A stretch of DNA of 64,000 nt from the human T2T-CHM13v2.0 reference genome, Homo sapiens. Of the stretch, positions 16,760 to 31,046 are shown piece after piece. The notes under the pieces are model-generated. The model had not been told where the DNA came from. It worked only from the letters and a program-made list of their open reading frames with translations, and ran no database searches. Position 1 is the stretch's first letter, and each line of letters starts with the position of its first letter. The DNA lies in the NCBI RefSeq assembly GCF_009914755.1, contig NC_060937.1; one strand, 5' to 3'. Made by a program: the position numbers and the translations under genes.

Positions 16760-16821
16760 CTTTGCAGTTGAACATATTTCAGAGGCAATAAGGAAGGCAC
16801 AAACCATAGTTCCTGTTCTAT
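16760..16821 (-). CDS. TPTE: TPTE exon, 3' half of P-loop
   Basis: TAG|(D)RTGTMVCAFLIASEICSTAK|GTATG, 62 nt. Confidence 0.96.
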
Positions 16822-16904
16822 CTAGAAAAGAAAAGAAGTTAGTTCAAGAACATACGTGGTATAAAAATACACTCAGAAATATTCAAGGAGTGCATTTTAA
16901 CTTG

Positions 16905-17000
16905 ATTTTCTTTCTTTTTTTTGAGACAGGGTCTTGCTGTGTCACGCAGGCTGGAGTGCAGTGGCACAATCTTGGCTCATTGCGACCTCCATCTCACAGG
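16905..17000 (-). mobile_element. Alu fragment
   Basis: ttgagacagggtcttgct...ggctcattgcgacctcc, then abrupt end. Confidence 0.85.
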
Positions 17001-19133
17001 TGAAAAATAGGCAAATTACATTTACAGTAAAAATATCTCTCACCATCTCTCCACAAAAGGACACGATGAGGTTTTTACTAAAATCTATAAGAAAGCAACA
17101 ATTCATGTATTTTATGATTTTTTTGGATAATAGTAAAAAAGAAAAATTCCCAACTCATTTAGTACGTTAATATAACTGATTCCAAAATTGCACAAATGCA
17201 GTAGAAGATATTTTTACACCAGTCTCACATATAAATGTAGATTTAAAAATATACATATATTTTCAAAGTGAATTCAGCAATGTAGAAACACCATGTATCA
17301 ACACCAAGTGCCATTTCTCTTAAGGATGCAAGGATGTTTTTTCCAAGATGGCAGATTACAGGCTTTTAGCATGCCTGCCTCAGTCATTTGGAAATAGCAA
17401 GCAAGTACATAAAGACCAACTCTGTGAGCTTTAATTCAAGAAAGAAAATGGCAATTCCCCGGAATTTTGAAGGACATCCCAGATCCTGGGGAGGACAATG
17501 CAGGCAAGCAGCCCTCAGGACAGCATTCGACTGATAAAAGTGAGTGAAGCCTCAGTATGTGAGACAGGCAGACAGCATCCCTCTGTCTCACCTTTCCACT
17601 GGACATCCATGCAACCCGGGCAGAGGAAGAGATTGTTTCTCCCAAGCCTTGGAGCTCATTTGAGAAGAGACTTGGAGACTTTGTGGGGGAAAGACACAGG
17701 GAAACGCTGCCGGCATTTTCCCAAACCTGGACTGGGAGCAGGACAACACTGGGGGAATCTTCCCTATCTGGCTGCACCCATCTTGTGCCCCCAATCCCCC
17801 TACCCCTAGGGCTGAGGGAGCTCAGATTAATGTGTACTCAGGATTTCAGCCCATTGCCTGGGGCAACAGAGAGCTCCTCCCAATAAACAAGGATGAAGTA
17901 CACAGCCAGCAGCACTGGCAACAGCCAGCTCTTACCCACGGCGCCATCTACTGGCTTGTAGGTCAAACCACACACCCAACATAAAACCTGCTGGCAGAAG
18001 TGCATAGGGCTGCAGAAGCAAAGCCAAAATACCCTACCTAGCATGCTCTACAGGCACACCCCCTAGGGAGGAGGGAAAGGGAAAGAAGAAAAAAATAACA
18101 ATAATATTATAGGAAAGGAAAGAAAAAGAAAAATCCTACCCAAACAAAAATAATTACACAAATTAGAAGTGCAGATGAGAAGGACCCACGCAAGAATTCT
18201 GGAACCATGAGAAATCTGAATGTAGTGACACTGCCAAAGGATCACAATAGCTCTCTGGCAATGCTTCCTACCAAAATGAAAACTCAGAGATGACAATAAA
18301 CAATTCAAAGCTTGGGTTGCAAGGAAGCTCAATGAGATTCAAGGTTGAAATCAACAAAAAGAAACTTCTACATCAATCCGGGAAATGAAGGAAGAGATAA
18401 ACATCTTAATAAGAAATCAATCAGAACTTCTAGAATAAAAAAAACTCACTAAGGAATTTCAAAATACAACTGAAAGCTTTATCAACAGACTGGACAAAGT
18501 AGAAAACATAATTTCAGAGCTTGAAGACTGGTCTTTTGAACTAATCCAGTCAGACAAAAATAAAGAAAAAAATATTTTTTAAAAGTGAAGAAAGTCAGAA
18601 ATATGAGATTATGTAAAGTGACCAAACCTATGAATTACTGGCATGCCCTAGAGAGAAAGAGAAAAAGAAAACAGCCTGGAAAACATATTTGATGGAATAA
18701 TTCGAGAAAATTTCTTGAATCTTGCTAGATAGACATCTAAGTACAATAAAGCCAGACGGCACCTGTGAGATACTATAAAAAATGAACATTACCAAGGCAT
18801 ATACTCACCAGACTGTCCAAGGTCACTGTCAAAGAAAAAGCCCTAAAGGCACTGGAGAAAAAGGCCAGATCACACACAAAGGTAGCCCCATCAGGATAAC
18901 AGCCAAATCCAACAGCACATCAAAAAGTTCATGATCAAGTAAGCTTCATTCCAAGGATACAAGGTTCAGCATATGCAAACCAAATGTGGTGCAGAATTAA
19001 ACAGAAACCACATGATCATCTCAATAGATGCAGAAAAAAAAGCTTTTGATAAAATTCAACATCTTTCTTGATAAAAAAAAAAAACACTCAAGAAACTAGG
19101 AATCAAAAGAACATACTTCAAAATAGAGCCATG

Positions 19134-19731
<598 letters not shown>

Positions 19732-22007
19732 GAAATCATTTCCTTTGCAGCATCATGGATGCAGCTGGAAGTCATTATCCTGAGCAAATTAATGCAGGAA
19801 CAAAAAACCAAATACCATATGTTCTCACTCATAAGTGAAAGCTAAACAATGGGTGCTCATGGACATCAAGGTGGCAATAATGGACCCTGGGGAGTTCTAG
19901 AAGGGGCACAGCAGAAAAGGACACAGGTTGAAAAACTAACTATTGGGTCTTGTGCTCAGTACCTGGGTGATGCGATCAATCATACCCCAAACCTCAGCAT
20001 CACACAATATTACCAATAAACCTGTATATGCACTTCCAAATCTAAAAGCTAATTTATACCAAAAATCTAAGCTCAAAAAGAAAAAGAAAGTCTTTTGCCT
20101 ATTAAAAAACAAATAATAACAAATGCAAGAATCATCCTACATCAGAAATCTATATTAATGCAATTTATCATATTCATTGATTAAAGAAGACACACCTTAC
20201 AATTATCTCAATTAATGCAGGAAAAAGCATTCACTAAAATTCAGCCTGCACCTGTGACTTTAAAAATTAACAACTAGGAAACTTCCTTAACTCAACAAAG
20301 AGAATCTACCAAAATACCTACCAGGAACATCATATTAATGATATAATATTGAAAGCATTTTCTTTAAAGCCTGGAATTAAACAAAAATGCCCTCTCTTCA
20401 CTGCTTCCATTTAACAGTATACTACAGAGCCTAACCAGTGTAGAAAGTCAGTGTAGTAAGTAAATCTTTAGAATAACTCCTTAATCTAATGAGAGATTTT
20501 AGGAAGATTTCTAGATGCAGGCTCAACATAAACAAAAATTAATAGCTAAATCAAGGATGCAGGTTGAAATCTTTACAGTAATTACTAAAAACATAGAAAA
20601 ACAGTATATGACTTCCAAGGTAATGACAGACGGTGAGAAGGAAAGAATTATATTATTAAAATTCAATCAAATGAAAACAGAATGTCAGTAGGAAAACAGA
20701 AGAGTTAAATAGATGTACATAGAACACTGTTCTCAACAATGCATAATACATGTTCTTTTCAAATGTACAGAAAACATTTGACAATATCGACCAAATTCTG
20801 GGCCATTAAGCAAGTCTAAACAAATTTCAAAGAACTAAAAAAGAAAAAAATACATAGTATGTTCTGTGTCCACCACACAATATAATCAGAAATCAAAAAT
20901 TTAAAGATAAATACAAAATTCTCATATGTTTGGAAATAAGGAAGTATATTTCTACATAACTCATGGGTCAAAAAAAAAAACAAGCACAAAGTTGGAACAT
21001 AGTTTGAACTAAGTAAAATAAAAACACTAAAAATAAAAATTTATGGGACGAAACTAAAGCAATTCTTAGAGGAAAACTTGTAGCCTTAAATGGTAAATAG
21101 AAAAGATAGTGGTTGACACTCTAAGAATTATCCATGTCAAGAAGTCAGGAAAAGAACAAATTAACCCAAGGAGTACAGAAGAAAGTACTAAATATAATAG
21201 TAATTGATGAAATAAAAAATAAGTAAAAAATAGAGACCACAAATAGGCCAAAAACTTGGTTCTTTTAAAAGACTAGTAAAATTGATAAATCCGTGGTAAG
21301 ACTACTCAGAAGAAAAAAGGGGAGAAGGCACCAAGAAAGCAATGTCAGGAATAAAAAAGGGAACATCTCTGCAGACACTAAAATGGTAAAATGATATTGT
21401 GAACAATTTGATGTCAAGACAATTTGCAAAGTTAGATTAAATGGACAAATGCTGGGAAAACTATAATCTACCAAAATGGGCAAAAGAAATAAAATTATAA
21501 AAACATTCTATATAGGGAATTGAGCCATAATTTAAAGACTTCTCTCCAGAGAAAACTCTAGGCCAATGTGCGTTCACTGGTGAATTTCACTTTACACTTA
21601 AGAAGGAAAAAAATCAGCATGCATAAATTTACCCAGAGAATAAAAACAGAGAAAATGAAATTTAACTCATTTTACGAAGCCAAGATTTGAAAAAACTATG
21701 AGAAAGGAAAATTATAACCAATTGCCCAGAAGACATGAATTTGAAAATCCTAAACAAAATATTAACGGACAGAATCCGGCAATTTAATAATAAAATAATT
21801 TAATAAGTATTTAACAAAATAATACAGCACAACTAAATTACATTTATTCCAGAAACATGTTGGTTTACCACTTAATCAATGCAATTAACCACATTTATTT
21901 ATAGGATAAAGTAGAAAAATTATCATCTCAAAGATTCAGAAAAATCTTTAAGAATTCAACATCCATTCATGATTTAAAAAAAAAAACTCTTAGCAAGCTA
22001 AACGAAT

Positions 22008-22333
22008 TTCTTTTTTCTTTCTTTCTTTTTTTTTTTTTTTGTTTCATTTTTTGAGACAGAGTCTTACTCTGTCATCCAGGTTGGAGAGCAGTGGTGCGAT
22101 CTTGGCTCACTGGAACCTCTGCCTCCTGGTTTCAAGTGATTCTCGTGCCTCAGCCGGAGTAGCTGGCATTACAGGCATGTGCCACCGCACCTCGCAAATT
22201 TTTGTATTTTTTAGTAGAGACAGGGTTTCACCATGTTGCCTAGGCTGGTCTTAAACTCCTGGCCTCAAGTGATCTGCCCCCACTGGGCCTCCCAAAGTGC
22301 TGGGATTACAGGTGTAAGCCAAGGCGCCCAGCC
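22008..22333 (-). mobile_element. Alu
   Basis: Antisense Alu with T-rich head. Confidence 0.92.
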
Positions 22334-22364
22334 AAGGAATTTCTTAATCGATAAATGGTCACTA

Positions 22365-22366
<2 letters not shown>

Positions 22367-22400
<34 letters not shown>
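22367..22400. repeat. (CA)n microsatellite
   Basis: Read directly. Confidence 0.95.
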
Positions 22401-22402
<2 letters not shown>

Positions 22403-22635
22403 GTAAAGCATTTGGAGAGATGTTGAAAGCTTTTCCTTTGATAATGGAACTGTATGTTGATGGCTGCTATGGCCACTTCTAATTCTACACTGTACTGAAT
22501 GTTCTAGCCAGTGCTAGGGGAGATGAATGACTGAAATGGAAAAAATATAATTTATTATTTTCATATGATGTAATCGTGTACCATAAAATCCAAAAGAATC
22601 TATAGATAAATTAGTAGAACTAATAAGTGAGTTTA

Positions 22636-22942
22636 GGCTGGGCACGGTGGCTCAGACCTGCAGTCCTAGCACTTTGGGAGGTGGAGGCTGAGGCTGGCAG
22701 ATCACTTGAGCACAGAAGTTTGAGACCAACCTGGGCAACATAGCGAAACCCCATCTCTACAAAAAAATGAAAAAATTAGCTAGGCATGGTGGCACCTGCC
22801 TGCAGTGCTAGCTACTCAAGAGGCTGATATAGGAGGATCACCTGAGCCCAGGGAGGTTGAGGCTGTAGTGAGCCATGATCATGCCACTGCATTCCAGCCT
22901 GGGTGACAGAATGAGACTGCCTCAAAAAAAAAAAAAAAAAAA
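22636..22942 (+). mobile_element. AluJ with target-site duplication
   Basis: aagtgagttta present on both sides; polyA tail. Confidence 0.92.
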
Positions 22943-24247
22943 GTGAGTTTAGGAAAGTTGCTAACTGCAAGATTAATAAATAAAATGAACTGCATTTAAA
23001 ACAACAAAAAACATTTAGAAAATAAACATTTTAAAGGGATATCATTTAAATAACCACAAAAAAAATCTAAGAATAAATCTCACCAAAAATATGCACGCTT
23101 TCTATACAGAAAATGAGAAAGCATTATAAAGAGAAATTGAAGAGGACCTAACTAAATGAGAGAATACCTCTGTTCATGGGTTGGATGAGTCAATATTGTA
23201 AAGATTCAATTCTCCCCAGTCTATAAATTCAATGCAATTCCAAACAAATTTCTACCCAGTGTTTGTAATTTGACTAGTTGATTCCCAAATTTATATGGAA
23301 ATATAGATGACCTAAAATACCCAAACAATTGTGAAGAAAAAGAAGAAGATGATGAGGACATATTAGAAAGCTACAGTAAGATAGTTGTGCTATTGGCACA
23401 CAGATGAAAAATCAATGAACAGAAGAGAAATGTCAGAAACAGATTCATGTTCCTCAGGGTAGTAAAGAAATGAAAATCTTCTGAACCAGTGTGCTGGAAT
23501 AACTGGATAGCCATACATGAAAAAAGATGAAACCTGACGCCTTCCTCACACCACACACATAGATCAATTTTAAAAGGAATGAACCTTCTCGAAGAAAATA
23601 CAGTAGTAAAATGTCCTTTAAACTCAAGGAAAATTTTCTTAATCAGGACACAAAAACACAAACTTTATAAAGGGAAAGCATGATACATATGACGGTAATA
23701 CAACTAAGAACTTCTGTTAACCAAAAGCTACTCCTGAGAGACAGAAAAGGCAAATCACAGAGCAGAAAAGCTTTCTTGAAATACATTTATGACCAATAAC
23801 AGAATTGAAATCAGAATACACAAAGAACTACAATCGGGAGAAAAAAAGATGAATAATCCAGGAGAAAAATGGTTAAGAAAATTAAAAAGTTACTTTACAA
23901 AAAAGGATATCCACATACTTAATAATCTTAAAAAAAACTTCCTCAATCTTATTAATTACAGAAATGCAAATGATCACCACCATAAGATGCCATCACACAA
24001 ACACCCAAAGGCTAAAGATAAAAATACTCAGAATTGCAAGTATTGGGGAAGATATGGAATGCTTGAAGTCTACAATACCAGTGGAGTAAAAATTGTTACA
24101 ACTGTTTTAGAAAACAGGTGACATTATCAAGTAAAGTTCAAGATTCATTACCCTAAGACAGAACAATTTTATTCTGAGGTATACATTCAACAAAAATGTG
24201 GCCACATGTGCAACAAGAAACGTGTATTTTTAAAAGCAGTATTATTG

Positions 24248-24611
<364 letters not shown>

Positions 24612-25166
24612 TCAGTCACAATTTGTGCAGGAATGAATATTTGAAAAGATGTGCAAAGACATGATAAAAAAGTATAAAATATTATTAAAGAATGAACAAG
24701 ATGAGTCACATGTACAACTCAATATCGCAAAGTTGTCACTTCTCTCAAGTTAATCTATAAATTCAATGTAGTTCCAATAAAAATCCTAAAAGTGTTTTAT
24801 TATGGCACTTCACAAAATGATTTTAAAATTGAATGTAATAATAAAGTTCCAAGAAGAGCAAGACAATTATGCCTTTATCAAACCACATTATAAAGCTACA
24901 ATAATTACAAAAGTGTGGTAGAGAGAACTTAGGAACAGTTTTGAAAATTTATAGAAACTTGGTATATTACTGAGAGGGATTACAAATTAATGGAGAACAA
25001 AACAGCACGCAATTGATGGTGTTAGGACAATTGGCTATCTATATGAAAAAAACACTTCCCCCAACTTCCAATTAGATTAAAGACCCAAATATTGAAAATG
25101 GAACTTGAATATTTTTGAAGAAATGTGGAATATCTTTACTACATCAGTATAGGGGGGTGAATTTCA

Positions 25167-25544
<378 letters not shown>

Positions 25545-25972
25545 TTTACAAACTTTTGTACAACAAAATAAATCACGATCAAATTTAAAAGGCAACATGT
25601 GCGGAGAATATAATTACAATACTAAGAAAAATTGGCATCCAGATTCTTTAAAGAACTTCTATAAATCAATATAAAATATTTTTACTATCACGATACTACT
25701 GGTAACCTGCAAGCAGCAACCAACCAGAAGACAGCAAGACTAATATGAATGAACACATAAAAAAGAGGCTGCTCTCGTACATACCAGCTGAATATTAGCC
25801 CTCTAAACAACCTTTAACAAAATCAACAAAATATTATGTGAACACAGAATAATGTAAACCCCCTCTCAGCACAAAAGAAAAAAAGTCAGATTTGAAATGA
25901 TTGTTTTCCTTCAAGCAAGGAATTAGCATTAGTTAATAGAAAACTGATGCTAACTTCTTTAATAATAACATT

Positions 25973-26050
25973 TTAGGTTGGACAATGTGAAATGGCCATT
26001 TTTAAAGCAAAAGATGGTTAAAAACTGGCAATTTCAAATGATTCAACCTC
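25973..26050. mobile_element. MADE2-like mariner MITE
   Basis: About 80 bp with TIRs taggttggacaatgtgaaatggcc / ggcaatttcaaatgattcaacct. Confidence 0.75.
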
Positions 26051-26109
26051 TATATTCTTAAGTATGGTACTGTAAATTGCCAGTATATATACAATATTCC
26101 AACCTGTAG

Positions 26110-26175
26110 AGCTAAACACAGAACCTGTATATTAACTAATATACAGCTAAACACAGAACCTGTATTTTAACTAAT
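26110..26175. repeat. Two-copy tandem duplication, 35-bp period
   Basis: agctaaacacagaacctgtat(a/t)ttaactaat at 26110 and 26145. Confidence 0.9.
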
Positions 26176-27704
26176 GGGCTTGAAACTAGTCAATAAGACA
26201 AAAACTTGATTTTACTGAATTATATAAGTCAGTTGATGGTGCTATGTTTTCCTGGAATTTGATATAAAAATTGATTTAGAGCCCACTAAAAATGTAATTA
26301 TTTATGTTTGTCAAAATTTGTGAAATATGCTTAGATGATTATTTAAAGCCCAAACCTGAATGAGAGAAAATCTAACTAAACTTAAATTGGTTGGATTTAC
26401 AAATGGCTTTTTTCCCCCATTTTCACCCCACCAATGTCAACTTCTTCGTATCATTACACTATAAAAATTCCAGTATAATTTTTGATATAGCATCTCTGTT
26501 GGCTCCCTTAATCTAAAAGGTTCTCACAAAGTTTAAGAACAACCTTAAATATTACTGGAACAAAAACAGACATATAGACCAATGGAACAGAATACAAAGC
26601 CCAGAAAAAATCCATGCATTTATACTCAGCTGATATTCAACAAAGGTGCCAAGAATCCAAGATGAGGAAAGGACAGTCTCTTCAATAAACGATACTGGGG
26701 AAACTGAATATCCACTTGCAGAAAAATGAAATTGCAACCTATCTCACCCAATATACAAAAATCAACTCAAAGTAAATGCTTAACTGTGAAACATGAAATT
26801 GGAAAACTACTAGAAGAAAAGATAGGTGAAAATCTTCTTGACATTGGTCTGGGCCAAGATATTTTTGGATATGACTGAAAAGCATAGGCAACGAAAGAAA
26901 AAGTAGACAAATGATACTGTATCAAACTAAAATGCTTTTGCACAGCAAAGGAGATATTTATAGAGTAAAGAGACAACCTACAGAATGGGAGAAATATCTA
27001 CAAAGCATACATTCGATAATAGGTTAACAGATTTTTTAAAAAAGGAATTCAGACAACACAATAGCAAGAGAACAAGTTACTTCTCTAGAAAATGGGCAAA
27101 GAACCTGAAAAGATATTTCTCAACAGAAGACACACAAATGGCCAAGAGGTATAATGAGAAAATGCTAAACATCATTAATCATCAGGGAAAAGCAAATTAA
27201 AACCACAAAGAGATATCCTCACACCTGTTAGGATGGTCATTAACAAAAAGACAAAAGAAGAGTTGGTGAGGATGAAGAGAAAAGGGAACCCCCTTGTACG
27301 CTGTTGGTGTGAATGTAAATTAGTAGTTATTGTGGAAAACAGCACTGAGATTTCTCAAAAAACCAAAAATAGAACTACCATATGATTTGGAGATTCCACT
27401 TCTGGGTATATATCCAAAGGAAATGAAATCTGCACTCCCATGTTCACTGCAGCATTATTCATAATACCCAAGCTATGGAGTCAATCTAAATGTCATCAGT
27501 GGATGAATGGATAAATAATATATGGTATATATAATTAAAGGCATACTATTCAGCCTTAGAGGAGATCCTGTCACTCGAGATAATATGGACGAACCTGGAG
27601 AACATTATGTTAAGTGAAATAAGCCAGGCGTAGAAAGACAAATACTGCATGTCTTGCTTATTTGTGGAATCTAAAAAAGTCAAATTCATAGAAGCAGAGA
27701 GTAG

Positions 27705-28040
<336 letters not shown>

Positions 28041-28674
28041 TGAGATGTTAATTAAAGGATGCAAAATTTCAGTTAGACAGGAAGAATAAGTTCAGGAAAT
28101 TTATTGTACAACATAGTGACCACAGTTAATAATAATGTATACTTGAAAATTGCTGAGACAGTAGATTTTAAATGTTCTCACACAAAAATATGTGGAGTAA
28201 TGCATATGCTAATTAGCTTGATTTAGCCATTTCACAATGTTTACCTATATCAAAACATCATGTTGTACACCATAAATATATTGGTTTTTTATTTGTTAAT
28301 TTAAAAATAAAAAAGATCAGCCTTAAATAACAGTACTCTGATATTCTAAAATTAAAGACTGTTTGTATTTTGAGAGATATAAACTAGCAAACCAAAAATA
28401 AAGAAATCCAAATACTAGGAAAACAAGGGAAAATATGCTCAACCTTCCTTAGTTCTTTTTTCTTACTTTCTTCCCTTCCTTATCCTCTCCCTATCTCCTA
28501 CCCTTCCTCCTCTCCTCTTTCCTTTCTCCTTCCCTTCTTTCAGTCTTGGAGCTAATATTTAAAAATGCTAACAATTATTAATACATATTAATAGCAATAC
28601 GTATCTTGTTCTTGTACTTTATGTATATTTACATGTCTTTAGAAATGGAGAAATAAAAAGGAAAATGTTATTAC

Positions 28675-28763
28675 CTGTGCCTCCTTTACAGTGAATCGCT
28701 ACGATGTTTTCAAGATCTTGAGCCATCCACTCATTTACTTCCTTGGTGAAAACCACCATCTGA
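28675..28763 (-). CDS. TPTE: TPTE exon with catalytic Cys (HCKGGT)
   Basis: CAG|[29 protein letters not shown]|GTAAT, 89 nt. Confidence 0.96.
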
Positions 28764-28861
28764 CTGATTTCAAGTTTAAGATTTTTAGTTAAAATATTTT
28801 CAAAAAATCAAGCCCAATATATTTAGCCCTCTTCTGATAGTCAATTTAGCATAAAACTTAC

Positions 28862-28943
28862 TGTAGAGTGGGGACATTATGATCATCAATCATGATTCTA
28901 ACGACCCTATTATGGAAGTGCTTAGGATCGTAAGCTCTTTCAC
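28862..28943 (-). CDS. TPTE: TPTE exon, WPD-like loop (IDDHNVP)
   Basis: TAG|[26 protein letters not shown]|GTAAGT, 82 nt; followed by a 98-bp intron. Confidence 0.96.
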
Positions 28944-29759
28944 CTAAAATAAATAATATGTATGTCATATCTCTATAGGGAATAACATGATAAATGAGGA
29001 AGTTATGAATAAGTTAACATATCTTATTAGAATTCCTTATCTATCTTCAAAAAGAGCTTTCCAAGTTGCTCCTGCCACTCTAAAATAAACGCAAGCGTTT
29101 CAAAAATATAAGGATGGTAGTGGTTTATCCATCTCATATAACCTAAACTCAACTTATTTTTGTTTAATAGGTATAATTTTTAACTTTCTAGCAGACTATT
29201 CATTATATTATTTCAGGGTAGTTAGAAACCACACAAGGCAAATGTAGCTGACCAAAATGTTTGCCCCCTGAAAATGTCTATTGAGTATACAGGTAGAGGA
29301 AAAAATCAAGAGAGACAGGGTATTAAACTGGGTTACAACCTATTTTCTACAGTTTTTTGCTTTTTTCCCATCTAGAGCCTTGCTCTCATCACATGCCACT
29401 GCTGATGGGTCAGAAGACTCATTTGTTAAATTGTCTATGTCCTCATAACACAATCTGGCAAGAAAAACAGAAAGATTTTCCTAAACCTAATATCGCTAGA
29501 ACAGATCTTCCCTAAAATGGTTTTCTTCCACTCCAGCTTCATTGGTCCTGCCAAAGCCACATCCTTCATACGGTACTTTGTGCTGCTGGGCTAACTCCTT
29601 CTACTAAATGGGGCCAGTCCAAGATGGGGATTTTTAAATTCATTCCTTGCCACTACCAAATACTTATGATTAAATGCAATCTAAAAAACAAAATCATCTT
29701 CTTACGTGCAGTAATCTGTTTTCTATCTACAGTAGCACAATATAGAGTAATGTACATAC

Positions 29760-29820
29760 TGCATAGATTGTAGACTCGATAGTGGTTTCGGTGTTTCTTA
29801 TCTAGAAACCGCACAACTTC
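29760..29820 (-). CDS. TPTE: TPTE exon, phosphatase domain
   Basis: TAG|[20 protein letters not shown]|GTATGT, 61 nt. Confidence 0.96.
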
Positions 29821-30393
29821 CTAAAAAAGACAAACACATATCTTACATATTTACATGGCACCAACATAAGCTATTTCCTAGGGGGAACCTAAAATGGTTA
29901 TTACTTTTATTAATTTGTCTCTCACTAGCATCTTCTAGTGGAGATTCAGGGAATAAGAGGGTATGCAAACTTCAAGTTCTAATCCACTGTGATTTTTCAA
30001 ATAGTCCACAAGTATGTTTGGCTACTCAGATGAGTCTCTATTGTAAATGCACACTGTTTAAAGCTATCAGATAAGTAAATTAGCTGGTTAACTAACTTTA
30101 AGTAATTTGTTCTAAATCATTAATTCACAGTTAATATGGATCTTGTTTAAATCTAATTCATATTCGTTCTTATTTAATTCTGAATAGATACATCTTTAGA
30201 GAGTGATCTGCATATTACAGTCTATCTAAGCACTATGTAAACAAATGCAAAAAGCATATAGTATGATTGTGTGTATGTGTGATAGAAAAAGATAAACATA
30301 TCAAATTTTAAATAACTGGTAACAATATGGAGACTTTTTTGGCTCATTTGTTCTCTTTATTTTTTTAAATGAAGATATATGTGTACCTATAAA

Positions 30394-30402
<9 letters not shown>

Positions 30403-30443
<41 letters not shown>

Positions 30444-30445
30444 AA
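30403..30445. repeat. (TA)n microsatellite
   Basis: Read directly. Confidence 0.92.
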
Positions 30446-30777
30446 CCTTTAAAATGAAAAACAAATAGTAGTTATAATTTAAAATACAATCAATACCACT
30501 ATATGAATCCAACTTTCAGTAAATACATCTTTCTGAAACATACACACACATACGTATATATCTCTGTGCAACAACAAAAATGACACAAAATTTTAAAACT
30601 GATTAGTATGGTACCCTCAGAGCAATGTTTACTGGCTTAATATTGAGAAAAATAAAATGAAGGTATCAAAGTCATCCATTTATTAAACTGGCTATCTCTG
30701 TTAAGAGGAAATAATAAGTCAAAAAGATGAACACTCTGAATCTGCATAGTGGGGGAGGCAAGGATAAATAGTTTTAT

Positions 30778-31046
30778 ATACTTCAGGTGTATCCTCCCCC
30801 CAGGTGATGGCTTTGTTCTTATCAATCTCTATGTTAAGATAATCCAATGGCCTGACCTGTCTTCCACCTGAAGAGACCATGGAGACTAGGCTCAGTCTTG
30901 TGCTTGCTTCCCTTTTCCGCGGTGTGGCACTGGGCACACTTCTGAACAAAAATTTTCTTGCCTTTCTCAGCATCACCCATATTTAATTCTCTCTTTCATC
31001 ACTGGCACTACAAAGGTTCCCGCTCAGAAGCCAGATGTCCCGCTCT
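30778..31046 (-). pseudogene. Processed pseudogene of somatic cytochrome c (CYCS), 3'-truncated
   Basis: 5'UTR-like ...gagagaattaaat ATG(30980) [48 protein letters not shown] (TAA 30834-30836), then frameshifted DKNKAITWGEDT; CxxCH heme motif; intronless. Confidence 0.93.
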
